A stretch of DNA of 64,000 bases, from positions 96,001-160,000 of the forward strand of contig CAWFOM010000005.1 in the NCBI GenBank assembly GCA_963817385.1. The letters run 5' to 3'. This DNA is from an uncultured delta proteobacterium (GTDB lineage Bacteria > Desulfobacterota > Syntrophia > Syntrophales > UBA5619). Position numbers and translations under genes: made by a program. Shown piece after piece: positions 31,729 through 41,215 of this stretch; within the stretch, counting starts at the first letter, position 1; each line of letters starts with the position of its first letter. The notes under the pieces were generated by a model, which searched no databases, was not told where the DNA came from, and saw only the letters and a program-made list of their open reading frames with translations.

Positions 31729-32937
31729 ATGGCTGACAATGGAATGGACAGAAGAGATTTCATGAAGTCGACGGCTGCCGGATTCGGCGGGTTTTTCTTC
31801 CTCTCTGCCAATGAAAGAAAGCCGGAAGAAACGCTGAAAAAAGCTCCGAAGGAGCAGAAGTTCATCTATCGCACCCTGGGAAAAACAGGGATAAAGCTTC
31901 CGGCGATCAACATGGGGGTCATGAATTCCAGCAATCCCAACCTTGTTCGCGCCGCCTTGAATTCGGGCATGGTTTTGCTCGACACGGCCACGACGTATCA
32001 AAGAGGCACGAACGAGGCGATGATCGGCGAGGTCATCAAGGAGCGGCCCCGGGATTCATACGTGATTTGCACCAAAGCGCACCCGCCCGAAGACCGCAGT
32101 ACGGGACTCTACACGAAAGAGGCCACGGAAGAAGACTATCAAAAGAAAATTGATGCCAGCCTGAAAAATCTGGGGCTGGATTACATCGATATTTACCACC
32201 ATCACGGGGCCTCTCGCAGGGAATCCGTCATGTACGAGCCGGTCATGAAGGCCCTGGAAAAGGCCAAGAAGGCGGGCAAGATCCGCTTCATCGGGATCTC
32301 CACCCACAAGAACGAGCCGGAGGTGATTCATGCCGCAGCCGATTCGAAATTCTACGACGTGATCCTGACCACCTACAATTTCAAACAGAAGCACCAGGCG
32401 GAGATACGGGAGGGCATTGCCAAGGCTGCCGCGGCCGGCATGGGGGTGATCGTCATGAAGGCGATGGGGGGAGTGCAGTTGCAGGAGCGGGCGGAAAAAC
32501 CCGTGGAGCCCGTCCCCGCTCTAAAATGGGTCCTGCAGGATTCCAATGTCCACACGATCATCGCCGGGTTCACCACCTTCGACCAGATGAACCTCGACCT
32601 GTCGGTCATGGAAAATCCGATTCTTACGAACGCCGAGAAGGCCCAATTGCAATGGGCGGCTTTTCAGCCCGGATTGTACTGTCAGGGCTGCGGCCAATGT
32701 TTGGGGCAGTGTCCCCAGGAACTCCCCATCCCCGAGTTGATGAGGGCTTACATGTATGTTTACGGCTATCGAAATCTCAGCCATTCCCAGGACCTTTTGC
32801 TTTCCCTGAATCTTCCCCTCCGGGTGTGCGGGGACTGCGCCGAATGTCTGGTGAAATGTTCGATCGGCTTCAACGTTTCAAGAAAGATTCGGGATGTGAT
32901 CCGTCTCCGGGATGTGCCCGCGGAATTCATTGCCTGA
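31729..32937 (+). CDS. aldo/keto reductase with Tat-type leader and C-terminal Fe-S motifs
   Basis: DRRDFMK, YRTLGKTG, DTA..Y, CQGCGQCLGQCP. Confidence 0.88.
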   Translation: MADNGMDRRDFMKSTAAGFGGFFFLSANERKPEETLKKAPKEQKFIYRTLGKTGIKLPAINMGVMNSSNPNLVRAALNSGMVLLDTATTYQRGTNEAMIGEVIKERPRDSYVICTKAHPPEDRSTGLYTKEATEEDYQKKIDASLKNLGLDYIDIYHHHGASRRESVMYEPVMKALEKAKKAGKIRFIGISTHKNEPEVIHAAADSKFYDVILTTYNFKQKHQAEIREGIAKAAAAGMGVIVMKAMGGVQLQERAEKPVEPVPALKWVLQDSNVHTIIAGFTTFDQMNLDLSVMENPILTNAEKAQLQWAAFQPGLYCQGCGQCLGQCPQELPIPELMRAYMYVYGYRNLSHSQDLLLSLNLPLRVCGDCAECLVKCSIGFNVSRKIRDVIRLRDVPAEFIA

Positions 32938-32964
32938 TCGAAAATCAGGGCTTCATAATATTTC

Positions 32965-32991
32965 GTCACCCCGGCGAAAGCCGGGGTCCAG
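32965..32991 (+). repeat. REP-like palindrome (single unit)
   Basis: GTCACCCCGGCGAAAGCCGGGGTCCAG. Confidence 0.7.
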
Positions 32992-33031
32992 TGCTGAGGG
33001 TGAGGCTGACGGCGGATAAGGAAGTGAGAGA

Positions 33032-33943
33032 ATGAAAAAATTCAGTGCGGTCCGAAAAGCTTATTTTCTTTTTTCCCTCCTTCTTTTGATCGGCTGGATG
33101 TTGGGGAATGGCGCATCCTTATGGGCCTCAGGCGGAGAGGGGGGAACCTATTCCTTTCCGGAGATGGCCGGATGGAAACAATCCGGTGAAATTCAAATTT
33201 ATTCCCGGGCGAATCTGTATGACTACATTGACGGAGCAGCGGATCTTTATCTGAAGTACGATTTTCAGGAATTGAAGGTGGCCGACTACCAGAATGATCA
33301 AAAAGCTTCCGTAACCATTGAAGTGTACCGCCACAAAACCCCCGTTCACGCATTCGGAATCTACAGCCAGGAACGCCTCAGCAATGCGAACTATCTGGAG
33401 GTCGGGGCGCAGGGGTACAGCGAAAAAGGGGTTCTGAACTTTCTGGCAGGCGACTACTATGTGAAAATGAGCAGCGTCGACGTCGGCCCTGAGGAGCAGG
33501 CGGTATTGCTCGCCTTTGCCAAAAAGGTTGTGGAAAATTTGGGAGGGAAGGGATCGCTGCCCTCCATCCTGTCCTCCTTCCCCCGTGAAGGGGAAAAGAA
33601 AAATTCCGAGAAATTTATCGCCAGGGAATTCCTGGGCTATTCCTTTTTTCATTCCGCCTTTACGGCTGATTACGAACTTTCGGGCAAGAAATTCAAACTC
33701 TTTGTCATCGAGGGGAGTGACCAAAAAGACTGCCGGAATATGATCCAGGAGTACCTTAAGCATACCGGTAATCTTCAAACCAAGGTCGAAGAGGGCCGCT
33801 ACCAACTGAAAGATCCTTACCATGGAGGAATGGATTTTTATTGGAAGGGGAATTATATCTGGGGCGCGTTGGATCTTGCCGACGAAACCCTTCGCTCCAG
33901 GGTCCTAAAACTTTTTGCAGAGGGGTTGGAAAAGAAAAAATAA
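33032..33943 (+). CDS. exported hypothetical protein (DUF6599-like)
   Basis: Signal peptide; LYDYIDGAADLY, AFGIYS motifs. Confidence 0.7.
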   Translation: MKKFSAVRKAYFLFSLLLLIGWMLGNGASLWASGGEGGTYSFPEMAGWKQSGEIQIYSRANLYDYIDGAADLYLKYDFQELKVADYQNDQKASVTIEVYRHKTPVHAFGIYSQERLSNANYLEVGAQGYSEKGVLNFLAGDYYVKMSSVDVGPEEQAVLLAFAKKVVENLGGKGSLPSILSSFPREGEKKNSEKFIAREFLGYSFFHSAFTADYELSGKKFKLFVIEGSDQKDCRNMIQEYLKHTGNLQTKVEEGRYQLKDPYHGGMDFYWKGNYIWGALDLADETLRSRVLKLFAEGLEKKK

Positions 33944-34005
33944 ACAACGACAAGCGGATTAAAATTAACAATCCTCACGACGCTGCCACGGAGATGGAGA
34001 TCAGA

Positions 34006-34908
34006 ATGAGTGCTGCGCAAGGAAAAACCAGAATCGTGCTGGGCACGGCAACACCAGGTGGTGGCTTTCCTGCCTACGGCTGGCCGTACGCCGAGATCCT
34101 GAACGAGACGGATGCCACACTCGCGATCGAGCCGGTCAACACCAAGGGCAGCAACGAGAATGTCGTATCGCTCGAAGAGGGCAAGCTCGATCTCGGCCTC
34201 GTTACCGGCGAAGTCACATACGAGGCGATCAACGCGGTCGGCCGGCCGAAGGCGAACAACCTGCGCATCATCAACGCCACCTACTCGCAGGCCGGCATCT
34301 TCATGGTGCGCGCCGACAGCCCGTACCGCGCCATCTCCGACTTGAAGGGGAAGTCCATCGCGTGGGGTGCGGCGAGTTCCGGCTTCATCGTGTTGGCGCG
34401 TTATGTGATGGACGGTCTCGGTCTCGATATGAAGAAGGATTTCGAGCCGCACCTGCTCGAAAAAGCAGGGGACGGTCCGCCGATGGTGCTCGACGGGCGC
34501 GCGGCAGCGATGTGGGGTGGCGGCGTGGGCTGGCCGCCGTTCATGGCGATCGCGAAAGGCCCGGCTTACGGCCGCTTCATCGGGCCGAGCGCAGACGAGA
34601 TCAAGCGCATCATGGCGAAGCACTCTTTCCTCAAGCAGACCACGATGCCCGCGGGCAGCTATCCGCGGCAGACGAGGCCGATCAATTCGGTGGGATCATG
34701 GCCGTTCGTGCTCTCTCGCGCTTCGTTGCCGGACGATGTCGCCTATCGCCTCGCGCGCGCCCTGCACAAGGGGCACGCGGCACTGAGCAGGAAAATTGAC
34801 CAGGCGCAGGAATCCACGCTCGCGAACACGCTCGCGGCCGCGCCGACCCGAGCCCTGATACATCCGGGCGTGCTCAAGTACATGCGAGAAATCGGCCTCC
34901 TCAAGTGA
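34006..34908 (+). CDS. TAXI family TRAP transporter solute-binding protein
   Basis: GTATPGGGF, TKGSNEN, IHPG..KY.RE.G; no evident signal peptide. Confidence 0.85.
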   Translation: MSAAQGKTRIVLGTATPGGGFPAYGWPYAEILNETDATLAIEPVNTKGSNENVVSLEEGKLDLGLVTGEVTYEAINAVGRPKANNLRIINATYSQAGIFMVRADSPYRAISDLKGKSIAWGAASSGFIVLARYVMDGLGLDMKKDFEPHLLEKAGDGPPMVLDGRAAAMWGGGVGWPPFMAIAKGPAYGRFIGPSADEIKRIMAKHSFLKQTTMPAGSYPRQTRPINSVGSWPFVLSRASLPDDVAYRLARALHKGHAALSRKIDQAQESTLANTLAAAPTRALIHPGVLKYMREIGLLK

Positions 34909-35184
34909 GCCGATCGATTTTATATGACACATCTGAAGGTGTAGCTCCTTCCTCCTGCCATGAAGATTTGCGTTGAATGAAAGGGTTGGTTTTTTCCATG
35001 CTTTTTTCTCTCCTTTTCCGGATAAGTAGCAAAATTCGGCTTTCAAAATCAGAATAGGGAAGAAGTCCTTTTCCGTTGTAGATCGAACCCTCGGTAAAAA
35101 AGGCCAAAAGGATTGAAGGATGCTATTTCATTATTGCGGGAAAATTCTTAATGTCAATAAGCGAAACAAGTAGCCAACATTCCC

Positions 35185-36609
35185 TGTCCCGCCAAAATGA
35201 GAATGTCCTAAATTACCAAAGTAGAAATGTCCTAATGTGAGGCGATAATTATTTCCTCAAGAAGGGGGGGTAATTATGGCCAGAAGGGACATGATCGTCA
35301 TGAGCTTAGAGGAGGTAAGGCGACTGAAGACCGTGCAATCGGCGAAAGAGAAGCACATCACGCAGAAGACAGCTGCCTCGATGATAGGGTTGAGCGAGCG
35401 CCAGGTGCGCAGGATGGTAAAGGCCGTCAGAGAACAAGGAGATAACGGGATTATCCACGCATTACGTGGTCGGCCATCGAACCGGAGATTGCCCGAAGAG
35501 ATGCGAGAGAGGGTGTTGGCTTTTTACCAGGAGCGATACCCTGATTTTGGGCCGACACTTGCCACGGAGAAGCTTTTCGAATGTGACGGCATCAGGATAA
35601 GCGATGAGACGTTGAGGATGTGGTTGATAGAGGCGGGGATCTGGAAGAAGCGACGCAAGCGGTCGGCCTACCGGCAGTGGCGGCGGCGGAGGGAGTGTTT
35701 TGGGGAGATGCTTCAGATGGACGGTTCTCACCATGATTGGCTTGAAGGGCGGGGACCGGAGCTGGTATTGATGGGTTCCATCGATGATGCCACGAACACG
35801 ACCTACGGGCGGTTTCACGATTATGAGGGGACGCTACCGGCGATGGACAGTTTTCAGGGGTATGTGAAGAAGTACGGGCTCCCCATGAGTATTTATGTGG
35901 ACAGGCACACGACGTACAAGTCTTCCAAGAAGCTCACGGAATGGGATGAGATCGAGGGGGTAAAGACGCTGAGTCAGTTTGAGCGGGCGCTTATGGAGCT
36001 TGGGGTGGAGGTGATTCATGCCCAGTCACCACAGGCCAAGGGAAGAATCGAGCGGCTCTTCGGAGTGTTCCAGGACAGACTCGTAAAGGAGATGCGGTTA
36101 CGGAGCATAGCGACAAAAGATCAAGCCAACGAGTTTCTTGAGGAGTATCTCTCCCGGTATAATGAACGGTTCAGGGTGTGTCCGGCGAATGAGACCGATG
36201 TCCATGTACCGCTTCCCCGCTCTATCGATCTGGATAGCTATCTCTGCATCAAGAGGGAACGAACCATCAGGAAAGACAATACCATCGCCCTTGACGGCAG
36301 ATTGTACCAGCTTGAGCAACGGGGCGGTAAGAAGGTGGTTGTGGAGGAGAGACTCGACGGGTCGCTGCGGATGATCAGCAAAGGGGTGTCTCTGAAGTAT
36401 CGAGAGATCACCGAAAGGCCGCAGAAGGAGGTGGTCCCCAAAACGGACACAAGAGTGTTCAACCGGCCGCCAAAACCGGCGAAAGATCATCCCTGGAACA
36501 GGAGCTGGCAAATCCCAAACGCAGTCCCCAGATGAGCGCTTTATGCCTATTGACCTTATAGGACATTTCTATTTTGGGAGGAATAGGACATTTCTACTTT
36601 GGCTTGACA
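35185..36609 (+). mobile_element. IS1202-like (ex-ISNCY) insertion sequence, 1425 bp
   Basis: TGT...ACA ends; two 19-bp subterminal repeats per end (CCAAA.T.G.AATGTCCTA-like); 15-bp direct repeat GTAGCCAACATTCCC at 35170-35184 and 36610-36624. Confidence 0.92.
35276..36535 (+). CDS. DDE transposase (IS1202/ISNCY type)
   Basis: N-terminal HTH, YPDFGPT, QMDGS.H, IDDAT, YVDRH, PQAKGRIER. Confidence 0.95.
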   Translation: MARRDMIVMSLEEVRRLKTVQSAKEKHITQKTAASMIGLSERQVRRMVKAVREQGDNGIIHALRGRPSNRRLPEEMRERVLAFYQERYPDFGPTLATEKLFECDGIRISDETLRMWLIEAGIWKKRRKRSAYRQWRRRRECFGEMLQMDGSHHDWLEGRGPELVLMGSIDDATNTTYGRFHDYEGTLPAMDSFQGYVKKYGLPMSIYVDRHTTYKSSKKLTEWDEIEGVKTLSQFERALMELGVEVIHAQSPQAKGRIERLFGVFQDRLVKEMRLRSIATKDQANEFLEEYLSRYNERFRVCPANETDVHVPLPRSIDLDSYLCIKRERTIRKDNTIALDGRLYQLEQRGGKKVVVEERLDGSLRMISKGVSLKYREITERPQKEVVPKTDTRVFNRPPKPAKDHPWNRSWQIPNAVPR

Positions 36610-36624
36610 GTAGCCAACATTCCC

Positions 36625-36653
36625 TTGACTTATAAGTCTGTTCTTTTTATAGT
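36625..36653 (+). promoter_or_regulatory. sigma70-type promoter for nfeD-SPFH operon
   Basis: TTGACT-17 bp-TATAGT immediately after the right target duplication. Confidence 0.55.
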
Positions 36654-36715
36654 GCTATCGTCAAAAGGCAATGTTTTATCAATAGTTATTCTCATATTCT
36701 GGCAAGGGGGAACAG

Positions 36716-37180
36716 ATGGACCTTACTTTTTCGCCTTGGCTCGTCTGGTTCTTGGCCGGCATCATCGTCATGCTCACTGAGCTTGCAGTCCCCGGTTTTG
36801 TGATCATCTTTTTTGGATTGGGGTGCTGGGGCGCCTCGGTCGTAGCGGTCTTCTCCCCAAACTCCTATTCAGCGCAAGTAGCCGTCTTTGTAATAGTATC
36901 AGTTGCCTCTCTGATGACGCTCAGGAGGATAGCCATGCGTGTCTTTGTCGGACGCAGCGAAGGTCCGCAGACCGAGGATTTGGGAAATGTTCCCTTGGGT
37001 GTGCGGATAACCCTCGACCAAGATCTGGAAGCTGGGCAAGTAGGGCGGGTACGTTTTCGTGGAACCATGTGGGACGCCGTCTCGGAAGATCGAATCCCTG
37101 CCGGATCTGATGCTGAAATAACAGGTGTGGACAAAGCCAATCGATCGTGCCTCAAGATTAAAGGCGTCGCGCGTGTTTGA
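36716..37180 (+). CDS. NfeD family protein
   Basis: W...G.....ELAVPGF TM segment, G.V.FRGT.W.A OB-fold; precedes SPFH gene. Confidence 0.85.
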   Translation: MDLTFSPWLVWFLAGIIVMLTELAVPGFVIIFFGLGCWGASVVAVFSPNSYSAQVAVFVIVSVASLMTLRRIAMRVFVGRSEGPQTEDLGNVPLGVRITLDQDLEAGQVGRVRFRGTMWDAVSEDRIPAGSDAEITGVDKANRSCLKIKGVARV

Positions 37181-37291
37181 GATAACGCTCTGAAGTGTAG
37201 AGTTCATATGTCTTCTCCCCCATGAGTGGGCACAGCGGCGGGCTCCACCTAAACCTGAATCATGTAACCACAATAAGGAGGATTATTTTTT

Positions 37292-38209
37292 ATGACTACG
37301 ACGCTCGTTGCCTTGATCGCCATCGCCGTATTAGTCTTTGTCGTGCTCTTCAAAGGCGCCCTCATAGTCCCTCAAAAAAGTTCTGTCATAGTTGAGCGCC
37401 TGGGAAAGTTCCATCGCACCCTCGATGCGGGCTTCCATATTCTGATCCCCTTTATGGATCGGCCCGCATACAAATTCAGTCTGAAGGAGGAGGTGATGGA
37501 CATCCCCGCCCAGATTTGCATCACCAAGGACAATGTGAGTGTTGAAGTGGACGGCCTCATCTACCTTGAGGTCCAGGACGCTCACAAGGCAGCCTACGGC
37601 ATCGACAACTATCGCCGGGCGGCCTCGCAGCTGGCACAAACAACCCTGCGCTCGGCCATTGGCAAGATTGACCTCGATAAAACCTTCGAGGAACGCGACA
37701 AGATTAACACGGACGTGATCTACGCCATTGACCAAGCTGCCCTCTCATGGGGCGTGAAAGTGCTTCGCTACGAGATCAAGGACATTACACCGCCCGTATC
37801 AGTGAAAGAGGCTATGGAGGCCCAGATGACGGCTGAGCGCCAGAAGCGGGCCAACATCGCCACGTCCGAAGGTTTGCGGCAGAGCATGATCAATCAGTCC
37901 GAGGGTGAAAAGCAGAAGCAGATCAATGAGGCCCAAGGCAAGGCGGCGCAAGTCACCCTTGTGGCCGAAGCCGATGCAAAACGGATCGAACTGATCGCTA
38001 AGGCGACGGGCGAGGGAATCAGTAAGGTGGCCGCCGCCATTAAGGATGATGGCGGAATCGAAGCGCTCAACATGCGGCTGGCGGAACAGTACATTTTACA
38101 GTTCGGCAACCTAGCTAAAACAACCAACACGATTATCATGCCCAGTAACGTAGCCGACGTTGCCGGTCTCATTGCCACTGCCATGTCCACAGTGAGGGAA
38201 ATCAAATAA
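37292..38209 (+). CDS. SPFH/stomatin-like (QmcA/paraslipin) protein
   Basis: VERLGKF, ITKDNV, AQTTLRS.IG, WGVKVLRYEIKDI, QMTAER. Confidence 0.93.
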   Translation: MTTTLVALIAIAVLVFVVLFKGALIVPQKSSVIVERLGKFHRTLDAGFHILIPFMDRPAYKFSLKEEVMDIPAQICITKDNVSVEVDGLIYLEVQDAHKAAYGIDNYRRAASQLAQTTLRSAIGKIDLDKTFEERDKINTDVIYAIDQAALSWGVKVLRYEIKDITPPVSVKEAMEAQMTAERQKRANIATSEGLRQSMINQSEGEKQKQINEAQGKAAQVTLVAEADAKRIELIAKATGEGISKVAAAIKDDGGIEALNMRLAEQYILQFGNLAKTTNTIIMPSNVADVAGLIATAMSTVREIK

Positions 38210-38332
38210 GATGACCCCATCAATACTATCCCTGTGAGTATATCATGGGGATATGTTTATTGTCCCCTCGTAAAATCAAGGGCGTGGACTTGGATAGACT
38301 ATAAGACGCCGCAATAAAAACAAGGAGGTCCT

Positions 38333-38473
38333 ATGGCAAATCCATTCGTACACGTGGAACTGAGCACCACCGACCTTGGTCAAGCCAAGACGTTTTACGG
38401 GAAACTTTTTGACTGGAAGATGCAAGACATCCCGATGCCGCAAGGTTCTTACACCATGATTGATGTCGGCGAA
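38333..38473 (+). pseudogene. VOC/glyoxalase family gene fragment
   Basis: Strong RBS; MANPFVHVEL.TTD...AK.FYGKLFDW...YTMIDVGE, then similarity is lost. Confidence 0.7.
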
Positions 38474-38675
38474 GTACGGTTAACATCCTTTCCGTTTTTC
38501 CCTTTTTATGGTAGGAAGAATTTCAACTCCAGTGGAGGAAACGTCCCGATGCAGATGAAGTGACCTGGATGCCTCCGCAGTAAAGTGGCGAATGTGTTGC
38601 CTGTCGGGATATTTTTCATAGATCATCTGCAAGGTTTTTTTGTATGAGCGAGAAAAGAGAAAGGGGGAAGCCGGC

Positions 38676-38996
38676 ATGCCGTTCATCAATCTGTCCGACA
38701 TCGAGGAGCGGGAGATAGTCAAGGGGTTCCGGGCGCGGTTCGTCAATACGGACCATATGACCAGCGCGTACTGGAGTGTCACGGCCGGGGCTACGCTCCC
38801 CGACCACGCCCACCCGCATGAGCAGGTGACGAACATGATCCGCGGCCGGTTCGAGATGACCGTCGACGGTGAAACGCGGACGATCGAGGCAGGGACCGTC
38901 GTCGTCATCCCCTCCGGGGCGAAGCACCGGGGGCGGGCGCTCACGGACTGCTTCATCCTTGACGTCTTTTCTCCCGTCCGCGAGGACTACAAGTAG
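38676..38996 (+). CDS. cupin domain protein
   Basis: H.HPHEQ, IPSG.KH, DVFSPVREDY. Confidence 0.88.
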   Translation: MPFINLSDIEEREIVKGFRARFVNTDHMTSAYWSVTAGATLPDHAHPHEQVTNMIRGRFEMTVDGETRTIEAGTVVVIPSGAKHRGRALTDCFILDVFSPVREDYK

Positions 38997-40096
38997 AGGG
39001 CTTCTTTTAACAGTGCCTTGAGGAACGCCACCCCCGTCTCCATTTGGGCGACGGCGATCTGCTCCTGCGGCGAGTGGGCGTTCTCGCCGCCGATGCCGAG
39101 ACCCACACAGGTAAGTCCGCGGGAGTTGAAAATATTGGCGTCCATGCCGCCGCCGGAGGTCCAGAGACGGGGTTCGATTCCCAGAGAACGAGCGGCGCGG
39201 AAGGCATTAGCCACCACCGGGTGCGTCTCGCCGATGGTGAAGGTTGTAAAGGGCTCCTCCCGCCGGATGTCCAGGCGCGCGCCCAAGGCCGCCGCCTCTT
39301 CGGTAAAAGCATCCAGGACCGACTGAACCTCGCGCTCCAATTTTGCCGTATCGATGCTCCGGACCTCGACGGCCACCTCCGCCCGGTCGGGAACGATGTT
39401 CCGGACCGTCCCCCCGCTGATGACCCCGACGTTCGAGGTGGTATGCGCGTCGATGCGGCCGGTACGGAGACGGGCGATGGCCTTGGCTGCCGCGACGATG
39501 GTGTTAATCCCCGCTTCGGGGCAGACCCCCGCATGGGCGGCCTTGCCCTCCAGGACGAAATCAAGATCCACCTTGGAGGGGGCCTGGTTGACGATATTCC
39601 CTACGGGACCGTCGCCGTCGAGGATGTAACCGAAATCGGCCTGCAACTCCGCGGTAAGATAGGTGACGCCGAAGAGCCCCACTTCCTCCTGGACGGTAAA
39701 GACCACCTCGATCGGACCGTGTGGTGTATCGCCGGAGAGCACCTCCGACACTGCCGCCAGGATGATCGCGATCCCCGCCTTGTCGTCCGCCCCGAGGACG
39801 GTCTTGCCGTTGCTGGTGATAACGCCGTCGCGCAGGACCGGGACCATCCCCTCCGTAGGACCGACGGTATCCATGTGTGCGCAGAGCAGGACGGCGGCTC
39901 CGGCTGCGTTGCCCGGCACGCGGACAATGATGTTCCCCGTATCGCTGCCGCTCCGGGGGGCGGAATCGTCCACCTCCGGGGTCAGGCCCATCGCCCGGAG
40001 TCTGTTGACAAGATAAGCGGCCACCGGGGCTTCCCGTCGGGACGGACTGTTCAATGAGGCCAAGGCCAAAAACTCTTCCACAACACTGATCTTCAT
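38987..40096 (-). CDS. M20 family peptidase T-like metallohydrolase
   Basis: AHMDTV, GADDKAG, EEVGL, GGMDAN, HSPQE. Confidence 0.9.
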   Translation of the reverse strand: MKISVVEEFLALASLNSPSRREAPVAAYLVNRLRAMGLTPEVDDSAPRSGSDTGNIIVRVPGNAAGAAVLLCAHMDTVGPTEGMVPVLRDGVITSNGKTVLGADDKAGIAIILAAVSEVLSGDTPHGPIEVVFTVQEEVGLFGVTYLTAELQADFGYILDGDGPVGNIVNQAPSKVDLDFVLEGKAAHAGVCPEAGINTIVAAAKAIARLRTGRIDAHTTSNVGVISGGTVRNIVPDRAEVAVEVRSIDTAKLEREVQSVLDAFTEEAAALGARLDIRREEPFTTFTIGETHPVVANAFRAARSLGIEPRLWTSGGGMDANIFNSRGLTCVGLGIGGENAHSPQEQIAVAQMETGVAFLKALLKEALYL

Positions 40097-40205
40097 CGTT
40101 TCATCCTCTCATCCCAACCGTCCTCATCGCGTCGCATTGTGGCGGCGACGGCTCCGGCCCTGAAAGGGTAAGACATTGCCGGATGGTGGCGCCGGTGCGA
40201 GCAGG

Positions 40206-40871
40206 CTACTTCTTCACTTCAAGCAGTTCGACATTGAACACCAGAGTGGCGTTTGGGGGGATCAGTCCGCCGGCGCCGCGTTCGCCATAGGCGATCTCCG
40301 GCGGGCAGATCAGTCTCGCCTTGCCGCCGGGTTTCATCAACTGCATCCCTTCGGTCCAGCACTTTATGACGCCGTTGAGAGCAAACTCAGCCGGCTGGCC
40401 CCGTTTGTATGAGCTGTCGAACACGACCCCGTTGACGAGAGTGCCTCTGTAATGCACCTTTACCGTATCGCTCGCGGCGGGGCTCGATCCACTCCCCTTC
40501 TTCTGCGCAAGGTAAATCAGCCCGGACGCGGTCTTGACCGCTCCCTTCTCCTTGGCCGCCTTGTCGACGAACACTTTTGCTTCGGCGGCAAGCTTTTCCC
40601 CTTGAGCATTACGCCGTGCATTGGCAAGTGCCTGGGCCTTCTGGTTGTAGGCATCGAGCTCCACAAGCGGTTTCTTCCCTGTCACGGCGTCGGTAATGCC
40701 CTGTTTAACGAATTCCAGTTCCGCGGGAGTAAGGTTGAAGCTGGAGAGTTGTTGGGCCACGACAAGGCCCATGGCATAGAGGGTTTTCTCTTCTTCGGTT
40801 TTGGGGGGATCCGCGGCAAATGCCGGAATGGCAAGCAGGGTGACAAAGGCGGCAATGATGAGTCTCTTCAT
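40206..40871 (-). CDS. FKBP-type peptidyl-prolyl isomerase (FkpA/Mip-like)
   Basis: Signal peptide; VHYRGTL, FDSS, VIKCWTEG, IPPNATLVF. Confidence 0.93.
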   Translation of the reverse strand: MKRLIIAAFVTLLAIPAFAADPPKTEEEKTLYAMGLVVAQQLSSFNLTPAELEFVKQGITDAVTGKKPLVELDAYNQKAQALANARRNAQGEKLAAEAKVFVDKAAKEKGAVKTASGLIYLAQKKGSGSSPAASDTVKVHYRGTLVNGVVFDSSYKRGQPAEFALNGVIKCWTEGMQLMKPGGKARLICPPEIAYGERGAGGLIPPNATLVFNVELLEVKK

Positions 40872-41215
40872 GGTTAACCTCTCTCTTAAATTTATTCGGT
40901 GATAGCAGCAACGCTTTTGGCGGAGGCGAGTAACCTGATGCCACCGCGGGCCGATACGCTCGATCGCCCTTCCGGACGAAGGAATAAGCGTGTTCCCTCA
41001 GGCCGAGCCGCGTTTGCTTTAGGATTTGAAGAATAGGAGAAACGGTTCTCCGAGTCAAGGAGATTGTAGCCGAACAGGAGATTGTATCCGAACAGGGTTA
41101 AGGGGAGTAAACAGTTCGTTTTCGCTTGCTTACCTACGGCAGCGCCACCCAGACCTTGGCGATGTTCCCGGCTTCAATCCCCGCTGGCATATTCCTGGAG
41201 AACGTTCATGCCGGT

